Source of the DNA: Candidatus Fermentibacterota bacterium
GTDB lineage: Bacteria; JAFGKV01
NCBI GenBank assembly: GCA_016928395.1
Contig: JAFGKV010000300.1
Location: forward strand, 1-34,761
Direction: 5' to 3'
DNA: 34,761 bases
This document shows, piece after piece, positions 1-8,900 of the stretch. The position numbers and the translations under genes are program-made. Within the stretch, counting starts at the first letter, position 1. The number at the start of each line of letters is the position of its first letter. A model generated the notes under the pieces. The model did no database searches and was not told the DNA's origin. It was given only the letters and a program-made list of their open reading frames with translations.

Positions 1-108
1 GAATGGCACAGCATCACCATTGTCCGCGATCCTGCCTGCCCGGCGTGCGGCGAGCCGGGAGACAGAGAGGAGGCTCCATGCGCTCACTGCGGTTCATGGG
101 ACCTGTAG
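1..108 (+). CDS. 3' end of ThiF/MoeB/HesA-family adenylyltransferase (partial, runs off window start)
   Basis: Frame 1 reads EWHSITIVRDPACPACGEPGDREEAPCAHCGSWDL*. RDPxCPxCG is the C-terminal Zn-binding motif of MoeB/ThiF, and it overlaps a ThiS/MoaD-like gene. Not in the ORF track. Confidence 0.75.
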   Translation, partial: EWHSITIVRDPACPACGEPGDREEAPCAHCGSWDL

Positions 109-305
109 AGCGTCCCGACTCCCTGCGAGTTGCGAGGGCTCTTGAGACTTCTGCGACGGTGACGGAGTTCCTGAGCGGATTGGGGTACGCGGCACGTCAC
201 CAGCACTACCTTCAGGTGAGCTCGCGGGGTCGCAGGCTCGCGCCGCATGATGCCTTGCCCGACGACGGGGAGATCGTGATTGCTCTGCCCATGGGCGGGG
301 GGTGA
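78..305 (+). CDS. MoaD/ThiS-family ubiquitin-like sulfur carrier protein
   Basis: About 75 aa from the ATG at 78 with an upstream AGGAGG. It ends ...LPDDGEIVIALPMGGG (C-terminal di-Gly) and lies next to a ThiF/MoeB gene. Confidence 0.8.
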   Translation: MRSLRFMGPVERPDSLRVARALETSATVTEFLSGLGYAARHQHYLQVSSRGRRLAPHDALPDDGEIVIALPMGGG

Positions 306-448
306 GGCGCAGCCTCGGACCCTGGGCACGCGGCTTGCGTTTCTTGTGACGAATGGCATCTTTCGCCACGCGATGAGACATGTCGATGCGCCTCGGGGGG
401 CGTCGCACGTCGACACAGAGATGCGGCAGACTCCGACGGAGGGAAGAG

Positions 449-961
449 ATGAACGACTCATTGAAGCTCGTGACTGAAGGGTTGCTCAAGGCCATGAAGG
501 CCGAACATGACGGCCACTACTTCTACCTCTCTGCAGCGAAGAATACGGAAGACCCTCAGGGCAAGAGCGTATTCGAGATGCTGGCGGATGAAGAGCGCGA
601 ACACATGGAGTTCCTTCGAGCCCAGTACGCATCATACATGGAGACGGGTCACGCGGACACCACGGTGTCGCTGCGGATGAAGAAGCAGCTCACCGGCGAG
701 AGCCCAATCTTCTCGAGTGCCATCAAGAAGAACATCAAGCAGGCCCATTATGAGATGAGCGCGCTCTCCATCGGCATTATGCTGGAGCAGAACTCGGTGT
801 CGTTCTATGAGGCCCAGGCCCGGGCCGTGGACGATGCGGAGGCACGCGATCTGTATACCCAACTGGCGGATTGGGAGCGAGGCCACCTTCATGCATTGAT
901 TCAGCAGGAGAACGCCCTCAAGGTCGACTACTGGCGCGAAGCGGGTTTCGAGCCGTTCTGA
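449..961 (+). CDS. Rubrerythrin/ferritin-like diiron protein (no rubredoxin domain)
   Basis: Two E...ExxH repeats (AEHDGHYFY...DEEREH; LEQNSVSFY...WERGH). GGAGGG RBS precedes the ATG at 449. Confidence 0.85.
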   Translation: MNDSLKLVTEGLLKAMKAEHDGHYFYLSAAKNTEDPQGKSVFEMLADEEREHMEFLRAQYASYMETGHADTTVSLRMKKQLTGESPIFSSAIKKNIKQAHYEMSALSIGIMLEQNSVSFYEAQARAVDDAEARDLYTQLADWERGHLHALIQQENALKVDYWREAGFEPF

Positions 962-1106
962 GCGGGGGTGGTCCGAGCGGTTGTGACGAACGCGAGGGAT
1001 GCGCGCACACGATGGACCCATGGCAAGAACGGCTGCGTGACGTCTGTCATGCCGGCGGGGTTCATGCGGCCTCTGGGCAGGGTTGGATGCCTGCCCCGGC
1101 GGGGAG

Positions 1107-2039
1107 ATGGGCGCTAAGAAACTCCTGCTGAAACAGCCCATGATGCGGGGGGTGCTCTGGGCTCTGCTGCCCGCCTTCGTGTGGACGGTGTATGTCTATG
1201 GCTGGCGCGCCGCGCTTCTGGTCACTCTCACCATGGCCGCGGCGGTGTTGGCCGAGGGAGCGTTTCTGTGGCGCGCAGGCACGCCGGTATCCGAGGCATC
1301 TCTGGTCACCGGCGCATTGCTGGGCATGTCGCTGCCGCCCTTGCTGCCGCTCTGGATGGGCCCGGTGGGTGCCGCGTTCGCCATCGTGTTCGGCAAGATG
1401 GTCTTCGGCGGGTTCGGCATGAACCCGTTCAACCCGGCCATGGTGGGGAGGGCGTTCATCTATCTGGCCTTTCCCGTGGCCATGACCGGGGGATGGGCCT
1501 CGCCCACCGTGGGGATTCCCGGTGGATTTGGCCTCTACTCCCCCGATGCGCTCACCGGCGCGACACCCATGGTGGCCGTGGAGCAGGGTGCGCCAGCGTC
1601 CCATCTGAGCCTGCTGGTGGGTCGTGAAGCCGGCTCGCTGGGCGAGGGCGCGCGTATCTTGCTGGTGCTGGGCGGCGTCTTCCTTTTGGTTAGGAAGTAT
1701 GCCCGCTGGCGGTTTGTGCTCGCGACCTTCTCCGGTGGGGTTGGTCTGGCGACGCTTTTGTGGGCCGCAGGCGTCCAAAACGCTCCGGATCCGCTCTATG
1801 TGATCCTCTCGGGCGGGTTCATCCTGGGTGCTTTCTACATGGCTACCGATCCCATCTCATCGCCCAAGACCATGCCGGGCGCGTGGGTGTATGGGGTGCT
1901 CATCGGTGCGGTCACCGTGGTCATCCGGGTGTTCGGCGCCTTCGCGGAAGGCATGATGTTCGCCATTCTCATCGGGAACATGGCGGGTCCGGTGGTTGAC
2001 TGGTGGGTCACCGACCGGAAGAAGGCGGACAAAGCCTGA
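1107..2039 (+). CDS. RnfD/NqrB-family membrane subunit
   Basis: Polytopic. Motifs FGKMVFGGFGMNPFNPAMVGRAF, covalent-FMN site DALTGATP, GSLGE and MATDPISSP. RnfD-like length with no NqrB N-terminal extension. Confidence 0.92.
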   Translation: MGAKKLLLKQPMMRGVLWALLPAFVWTVYVYGWRAALLVTLTMAAAVLAEGAFLWRAGTPVSEASLVTGALLGMSLPPLLPLWMGPVGAAFAIVFGKMVFGGFGMNPFNPAMVGRAFIYLAFPVAMTGGWASPTVGIPGGFGLYSPDALTGATPMVAVEQGAPASHLSLLVGREAGSLGEGARILLVLGGVFLLVRKYARWRFVLATFSGGVGLATLLWAAGVQNAPDPLYVILSGGFILGAFYMATDPISSPKTMPGAWVYGVLIGAVTVVIRVFGAFAEGMMFAILIGNMAGPVVDWWVTDRKKADKA

Positions 2040-2659
2040 TGCCCCGCACGCTCCGCTCCGTGCTGTTCATGGCAACGGTGTGCGCCGTGTGCACGGCCGT
2101 GCCGGCCATGGTCCGCGCGGCCACCTCCCGGAGGGTCGAGGCCCTGGAACGCCTGGCAACGTACCGCAATGTCCTTTCAATCTTGGCCATTCCCGTTGAC
2201 CATGGCCATCCGGCGGCCGTGGAGAGCGTTTTCATCGCATGCGTGCGGGAGCAGGTCATCGGCGGCCGCACCTTCTGGTTCGGTCTGGAGGCGCCTGCCG
2301 TGGGAGTCGTGGCGTTTGCGGTCAGAGGGCCGGGATTCTGGGGGCCCATTCACGGCATCGTCGCGGTGTCCGAGAATGACCATCGCATCGTGGGCATTCT
2401 GTTCACACGCCACGAGGAGACGCCGGGTCTGGGCGGTCGGATACGTGAACCATGGTTCGGCGAGCAGTTCCACGGCATCACGCTGGATCCGCATCGGCAG
2501 GGGCCTCTCGTCAGGCTCATCAGGCAGGGATCCAGGGAACACGCATGGGACGTGGACGCCATCACCGGGGCAACGGAGACGTCCAAGAAGATCCAGAGCC
2601 TGTTCGACAGCGATGTGCGACAGGCGCTCCTGACGCTGTCGGAGGCGGGCCGCTCATGA
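2039..2659 (+). CDS. NqrC/RnfG-family FMN-binding subunit
   Basis: N-terminal anchor; GPGFWGPIHG and HEETPGLGGRI (NqrC-like); FMN-attachment motif VDAITGATETS. TGATG overlap with the upstream gene. Confidence 0.88.
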   Translation: MPRTLRSVLFMATVCAVCTAVPAMVRAATSRRVEALERLATYRNVLSILAIPVDHGHPAAVESVFIACVREQVIGGRTFWFGLEAPAVGVVAFAVRGPGFWGPIHGIVAVSENDHRIVGILFTRHEETPGLGGRIREPWFGEQFHGITLDPHRQGPLVRLIRQGSREHAWDVDAITGATETSKKIQSLFDSDVRQALLTLSEAGRS

Positions 2660-3264
2660 CCTCCCGGCACATCTTCGTGGATGGCGTGTTCCGGCAGAAT
2701 GCCGTATACCGCCAGATTCTGGGCATCTGCTCGACCCTGGCGGTGACGAATCTCCTGAGCAATACGCTGGTCATGAGCCTCGGGCTCGTGTTCGTGACCG
2801 CCATGAGTTCCCTTACGGTGAGCCTTCTGCGCACGGTGACGCCGTCACGCATCAGGATGATGGTGCAGGTGATGATCATCGCCACCTATGTCATAGTGAT
2901 CGACCTCGTGCTCCAGGCATTTCTGCCCGAGATCTCCCGGAGGCTGGGGCCCTATGTCGGTCTCATCATCACCAACTGCATCATCATGGGTCGCGCCGAA
3001 GCCTTTGCCGCCAAGAACCCGCCATGGCCGTCGTTTCTGGATGGTGTGGCCATGGGGTTGGGCTACACCGTGGTACTCATGAGCATCGCGGTGGTGCGCG
3101 AGCTGATGGGCTTCGGCTCGCTGTTCGGGATCACGGTGCTTCCTCCATGGTTCACCCGGTGGACGATCCTCACCATGGCGCCGGGGGCCTTCTTCATGGT
3201 CGGCATCGTGATCTGGGTCATGAATACCCTGGATCCCCCGGGCAGAGCTGGGCAGGCCCGATGA
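2656..3264 (+). CDS. NqrD/RnfE-family membrane subunit
   Basis: LGICSTLAVT and YVGLIITNCIIMGRAEAFA, carrying the two conserved Fe-S Cys. ATGA overlap with the previous gene. Confidence 0.92.
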   Translation: MTSRHIFVDGVFRQNAVYRQILGICSTLAVTNLLSNTLVMSLGLVFVTAMSSLTVSLLRTVTPSRIRMMVQVMIIATYVIVIDLVLQAFLPEISRRLGPYVGLIITNCIIMGRAEAFAAKNPPWPSFLDGVAMGLGYTVVLMSIAVVRELMGFGSLFGITVLPPWFTRWTILTMAPGAFFMVGIVIWVMNTLDPPGRAGQAR

Positions 3265-3857
3265 GTCACGGAACTCTCTCCGCCTTGGTGATCCTGTTCG
3301 CGGCGGTGTTCACGAACAATGTCGTGCTTTCCAACTTCCTGGGTCTGTGCTCGTTTCTCTCGGTGTCCCGCGCGGTCACATCATCCATCGGATTGGGCAT
3401 GGCGGTCACCTTTGTCATGACAACCACCGCGGGTTTGAACTGGCTCGTGTACCACCATGTCTTGGTGCCGCTGGGGTTGGTGTATTTGCGATTCGCCGTG
3501 TTCATCATCGTCATCGCCGCCTTCGTGCAGTTCGTGGAGATGGCGTTGGAGCGGTTGGCGCCGGCGCTCTACTTCGCTCTGGGCATCTTCCTGCCGCTGA
3601 TCACCGTCAACTGCGCGGTGCTGGGGGTCGCCCTGTTCATGATCATCCGCCAGTACAGCTTCCTGGAGTCCGTGGCTTATGGTCTCGGCGGGGGAGTGGG
3701 CTTCTTGGTCGCCATCACAGTGCTGGCGTCGCTGCGCTGGCGAATCAGGAAGAGCAAGGTGCCGCCGGCCCTGCAGGGCGCAGGCATCGCGGTCATCATG
3801 TCAGGGATCATGGCCTTGGGATTTGTGGGCCTCTCCGGGCTGATCACGATCAACTGA
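3261..3857 (+). CDS. NqrE/RnfA-family membrane subunit
   Basis: NNVVLSNFLGLCSFL and LGIFLPLITVNCAVLG, carrying the two conserved Cys. ATGA overlap. Confidence 0.92.
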   Translation: MSHGTLSALVILFAAVFTNNVVLSNFLGLCSFLSVSRAVTSSIGLGMAVTFVMTTTAGLNWLVYHHVLVPLGLVYLRFAVFIIVIAAFVQFVEMALERLAPALYFALGIFLPLITVNCAVLGVALFMIIRQYSFLESVAYGLGGGVGFLVAITVLASLRWRIRKSKVPPALQGAGIAVIMSGIMALGFVGLSGLITIN

Positions 3858-3860
3858 GGG

Positions 3861-3932
3861 GGACGGATGGACGGAGAAGCGGTATGGAATGGTGGAATAC
3901 TGGAATGATGGACCGATGGGACGGATAGACGG
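3861..3932 (+). repeat. GGA-rich short tandem and direct repeats in an intra-operon spacer
   Basis: 8-bp units tggaatgg/tggaatac/tggaatga/tggaccga (3885-3916), flanked by ggacggatggacgg (3861-3874) and ggacggatagacgg (3919-3932). Confidence 0.7.
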
Positions 3933-4003
3933 GCGGGTGGGGGCAGGGCTGTCCAGGCCTTGTGGTTCGTGGTCTCCATGACCAGTCTTGAGGGTTCCCG
4001 TAC

Positions 4004-5113
4004 ATGACCTCCGTGCTGGTTGCGGTGGGTGCGGTGACTGCCATCGGGGCGGTTTTGGCCGCGCTTCTGGAGATGGCGGGAAAGCTGTTCGCCGACTACG
4101 GCGACGTGACCGTGGATGTCAACGCGGGTTCACGCACTCTCACGGTTGAGGGCGGCGGCCACCTCCTCGGCACATTGCGGGAGCAGGGCATCTTCATCCC
4201 TTCGGCCTGCGGCGGGCGAGGATCGTGTGGCGCCTGCAAGCTGAAGGTCACCGAAGGCGGTGGCCCGGTGCTGCCCACAGAGACGCCCTACCTCTCGGCG
4301 ACGGAGCGTGCAGACGGAGTGCGGATCTCCTGCCAGGTCAAGGTGCGCTCTGATGTGGCCATCTGGATTCCGGAGGAGATCTTTGCAATCCGGTCGTGGA
4401 AGGCGACCCTGGCGGCCATACGGATCCTCAGGCCCGGCATGGTCGAGCTGCGCTGGGAGTTGCCCGCGGGCGAGCGGATCAGGTTCAAGGCCGGCCAGTA
4501 TGCCCAGCTCAAGACAGCCCGCTACGGCAAGGTGAAGGAGGAGGTGTTCCGTTCCTACTCCATCTCCTCCTCTCCCCGTGACGAGCGGGCCGTGGAGTTC
4601 ATCATCGAGCGGGTGGAAGGCGGCATCTGTTCCACGTGGGTGTGTGACCACTTGCAGGTGGGCGACACCGCGGAGATTTCCGGGCCCTACGGCGACTTCG
4701 TGCTGTCCGACACCGACCGGGAGATGATCATGATCGCGGCAGCCTCGGGCATGTCGCCTATCAAGAGCATCCTGCATGCTCTTGAGGAGCAAGGAAGCAC
4801 TCGGAAGGCGACCTTCTTCTTCAGCGCCAGGAACATGGGTGAGCTGTTCCACCTTGACCTGATGAAGCGGTTCGAGGAGACTCTGCCAGGGTTCGCCTTC
4901 GTGCCGACCCTCACGCGGCCCCCGGAGCCCGATGCCTCATGGCCCGGGAAAACCGGACGGGTGCCGGCTCTCATTGCCGAGATGATCGGCGATCGGGTGA
5001 AGGACGCGGAGGCGTATCTATGCGGCGGAGCAGGGCTCATCGATGGCTGCACCGCGGCCCTTTGGGCCATGGGTATGCCGAATGAGCGGATCTTCTACGA
5101 CAAGTTTGAGTAG
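4004..5113 (+). CDS. NqrF-like membrane-anchored 2Fe-2S/FAD/NAD(P)H oxidoreductase
   Basis: N-terminal TM helix; IPSACGGRGSCGAC...RISCQ 2Fe-2S motif; RSYSISS and GGICST FAD motifs; GPYG; C-terminal IFYDKF. Confidence 0.9.
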   Translation: MTSVLVAVGAVTAIGAVLAALLEMAGKLFADYGDVTVDVNAGSRTLTVEGGGHLLGTLREQGIFIPSACGGRGSCGACKLKVTEGGGPVLPTETPYLSATERADGVRISCQVKVRSDVAIWIPEEIFAIRSWKATLAAIRILRPGMVELRWELPAGERIRFKAGQYAQLKTARYGKVKEEVFRSYSISSSPRDERAVEFIIERVEGGICSTWVCDHLQVGDTAEISGPYGDFVLSDTDREMIMIAAASGMSPIKSILHALEEQGSTRKATFFFSARNMGELFHLDLMKRFEETLPGFAFVPTLTRPPEPDASWPGKTGRVPALIAEMIGDRVKDAEAYLCGGAGLIDGCTAALWAMGMPNERIFYDKFE

Positions 5114-5120
5114 GCAGGCC

Positions 5121-5588
5121 ATGAAACAGACACCCCGGGAACGACGCATAGAGATGCGGATGGAAGAGGGTACACTGGCGCGGGACGGGTTCCTGGGCGA
5201 TGATCCTCTGAGGCTGGACCGGATGGACGTCGACGCGAGGGTCCTGGCGGATGCAGGGATTTCACGGGAGGAGATCGGAGAGGTGCTGCAGGGTTTGTGG
5301 CAGAGGGCCCGGGCTTTGATGGGCGAGGCGTATGAGCCGGTGCCAGGCGTGACGGTAGAAGTTGGAGAAGCCCGGGGCCGAATCCCCTGCCCCTTCGGCC
5401 ATCCAGGGATCTATGCCAAGGGGGTGATGACCATCGAGCATGGGGATCGGGTGCTGCGTGTCTCGCCCCTTTCCATTCACATGATCCGATCCCACGGCTT
5501 CTTCGGCGGCCGAGGCAGCATGTTTCGTATCGAACCCGATGCCGCAGCAGACCTGGTCCGGCGCCTGGCCGCCCCTGCCTGGCAATAG
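5121..5588 (+). CDS. Hypothetical soluble protein coupled to the nqrF-like gene
   Basis: Starts 8 nt after the nqrF-like stop. Protein-like composition with motif-like segments DGFLGDD, RGRIPCPFGHPG and IHMIRSHGFFGGRGSMFRIEP. Confidence 0.75.
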   Translation: MKQTPRERRIEMRMEEGTLARDGFLGDDPLRLDRMDVDARVLADAGISREEIGEVLQGLWQRARALMGEAYEPVPGVTVEVGEARGRIPCPFGHPGIYAKGVMTIEHGDRVLRVSPLSIHMIRSHGFFGGRGSMFRIEPDAAADLVRRLAAPAWQ

Positions 5589-5651
5589 CGAGGACTATCC
5601 CAAGGGTTGTTGTCAGTGATTTCCGTGGGCAGACTCTCAGACAGGTGAACG

Positions 5652-5697
5652 CTTTGTTTTTTCAAGTATGTTTGCATTAACTTTGTTTTTTGAAGTA
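5652..5697. repeat. AT-rich 17-bp direct repeat (possible regulatory site)
   Basis: ctttgttttttcaagta (5652-5668) and ctttgttttttgaagta (5681-5697), 16 of 17 identical, period 29 bp. Confidence 0.7.
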
Positions 5698-5907
5698 AAT
5701 GATTCCTGCCGCGCGCGCCGCGGCGGGCGAGTGCCGAACTCTGGGCAGGAGAGATCGATGCCTTCTCATCGGCTTCGGGCGACGCCCGTACTGCATCCTC
5801 GCGCCGGGGGTGGGGCCGGTGTATTGTGTCGGGATCATTGAGTGACGCTCTGCCTGTCGCCGGGGACTACGGCGCCGGGCAGAGCGTCTGGACCGGGTGA
5901 TACGCCT

Positions 5908-8900
5908 ATGGCACGCGATGTTGTTCTGGCCCCGTCCTTTCCGCTCTTGCTCCACCGTCTCGTAGCGCGGGTATGCGCCCACCACCACGATGATCCTCTG
6001 GTGTCTGAGATCATTTTGGTTCCCAATGCGCCCGTGGCTCGTTTCGTCGAATCCGCCCTGGCGGCCGCATCACCTGCTCCGCTGCTCAATGTGCAGGTCA
6101 TTCCCATTCGATGGGCGCCCCAGCGCCTGGCGCCTCGGGATGTCCATATCCCCGAACCCCCGGCGCCGCTTCTGCTGGAGGGCGCGGCTCGCCGCCTGCT
6201 CAGGCGGCATATCCCCGCCATGGCGGTGCTTGACGGCGCCGAGCGGGCTTTGATGGCGACATTCACCGACCTCCTGGATGCCGGGTTCATCGACAAGGAG
6301 ACGGTGAGGGAGTTCGGCGCTTCGCTTTCTGTGGAGGGCCAAGATCGGCAAACCCTGAAGTTGTATGCCCTGTGGCTCGAGCTGCTGACGAAAGCGGGTC
6401 TCGTGCCGGCGCAGATAGCCTTCGCTCGGTCGTCATGGCCAGTTGAAGCCCGGTGGCTGCATGTCTTCGGGTTCCTGCGGGTCGAAGGAGTCCTGGCCGA
6501 CATGATCGACCGATGGGCCCATGCATCCTCTGACATGGATGTCGCCCACTACTTCCCCTGCCACCCTGATGCCCTTTCCGGGAAGCTGTTCGGCTATGAC
6601 TACGTGGCAGGGCATGTGGAGCAGGCCCACCTGCACCATGTTTCCGAGCGTATCCGTGCCCCGGCATACTCCAGTGGTCTATTCCCCGAGATCGATGCGA
6701 TCCTTGTCCGGGATACCCCCGGGGGCAACGCCATGCACGACGTCCGGCTAGACCAGGTGGGGTTCATCGCCGCGGCCGGAGAGGCAGGCGAAGTCGAGGC
6801 AGCGGCCAGGATAGTTGCCGAAGCCCTGGCCGAGCCTTCCCGCACCGTACGCCCCGAGGATCTGGCCGTGCTCGCTTCTGACATTTCACTCTATGAACCC
6901 TTCATCAGATCGATCTTCGCCGAGATGGATCTTCCCGTTCGATGGCTGCACCCCGTGTCCGCCGGGCAACATCCCGCGGTCCGTTGGATGTCCACCCTAC
7001 TGAGTCTACCGCAGGGCGGGTTCTCGGCCGTCTCCGTTCGTGAACTACTGGGCTCACCATTTGTGCGGCTTCCCGCGCCCTGGGACGCGGAAGACTTCAC
7101 CCTCCTCGATGCGAAGCTCCGTGAGATGGGCAGTACACCGCTCGCGGGCGATGAGTGGCGTGCGAGATGGTGCGACAAGCCCGGTGAACCGTGGGCAGAG
7201 TTGGCCGCGGCCTTTGTCGGAGAGCTAAAGGCCAGCTTTGGAGCTCAGTCGTGTGGTGGTTTCGTCGAACTCATGCAGGGCTTTCTCAACCGATGGGTGA
7301 CCCCAAAGATCATCGAGGATGACGGAGTACTGGCGGCGTGGGTGAGAGGAATCGAGTGCCTGAGAGACCTGGATACCCTGGGATATCCTGATGACGAACC
7401 CGCCGGTGACATAGCTCGCGTGTTCTGTCATGATGCACTGGAAGGCGTGTCTCTTCCAGGAGCCCAGCAGGCACGAGGCGTCATGGTGGGCAGCATGTCG
7501 GCGGCATCGGGTATGGCGTTCGATCGGGTGGTGATCATGGGCGCGAACCGAGGGCGGCTCCCACGACAGGCCCGCGAGGATCCGTTGCTGTCCGATGCGG
7601 CGAGATCCCGGATCGCGGCGGATCTTGGATATGGTGTCCCCCTGGCGTCCGATGCTCCCAGACGGGACAAGCTGCTGTTCGTACTCACCATTCTGTCCGC
7701 CCGCGAACGGGCATGGGTGACGTATCAGCATGCCAGTGCGAATGGTGATGCCAAGAGCCCTTCACTGTTCTTCCCTCTCATCTTCGGAGAGCATGCCGAC
7801 CAGGTGATCCAGTTTCACACCGATCGGTCATCGCGGCTTACGCAGATCGTGGAACGGGGGGAGCATCATCTCACCGCGCGGGAGGCAGCACGGCTTATCC
7901 TGGGGGAGGGCGACTCGCGCCGAGTTGGGATGCTGACCTCACTCCTTGGCCAAGCCTTCACCTCGGGCCTTGATCGAGCGCGTGCAGTGCTGCGGGCGCG
8001 GGAAGGCACAGAGGCAACCATCTTTGACGTAGGTGCAGCAGCGCCACGGGACGCGATCGTAGGGGCGTTAGGCTCGACAGGCGCGTGGCGCGATCTCGAC
8101 GCCTGCCCCTTTCGATTCTTCTTGGGGCGGGTCCTGAGGATTCCCGAGCCAGGGGAGACCGCAGGGCTTTGGCAACCGACCATGCTGGACAGGGGGAAAC
8201 TTCTGCACAAGGCACTGGAGATGGCCCTGCTGCCTGGGATTCCCGCAAAGCACCAGTGTCGCCAGCGTGCGCAGGAGGCATGGGAGGCGGCACGAACCTG
8301 GTACCTGTCCGAGCATCGTCACGCCGATCTCCCAGGGTTTGTGGCGCTGGAACTCGATCAGGTGGCGCAGTGGTTTGTGCCGACTCTCGAGGAGGAGATT
8401 CGTTTGGTGGCGCGGCGACGTCAGGCCGTGGGCGAGGGTTTGCGGGTCGGTACCGAGCAGTCGTATGATGGCATGTTGACCCTCGATGGAGAGCGGATCC
8501 CGCTTCGGGTCAGGTTCGATCGGCTCGAGAGCCACCGAGCCGCGGGGAAGTCCGTTCCCCTTAGGATCGTGGACTACAAGCTCCATACCCGCGAGAAGAG
8601 TATTGACCGCGATGCCATCAATCTCCAGGCATTTCTGTATGCGGAGGCGATAGAATCGGCCCAGGGGATTCGACCTGATACCGAGTATGTGGAAATCGTG
8701 CCAGAGTCTCTCCCCGCACAGACGCTGTCCGTCGACGCAACTGACCGCACCGCAAAGGATCTCTTTCGACGAAAGGCGTCGCATCTGCTGAGAAGCGCGC
8801 TGGCGGGCGTCTGGCACCTCCGCGAGGAGCCTGTCACCTGCGCCTACTGCCCCTACTCGCGCGTGTGCCGCCGCTACGATTCCACAATTCTGGGCAAAGC

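Noticed and set aside
79-93. Second CxxC (CAHCG) at the ThiF/MoeB C-terminus
   Set aside because: It falls in the overlap with the ThiS-like start and is probably an incidental product of the other frame.
1-5588. Selenocysteine or stop-codon read-through in the redox genes
   Set aside because: The TGA stops fall at expected family C-termini or in ATGA/TGATG overlaps, and no motif is interrupted.
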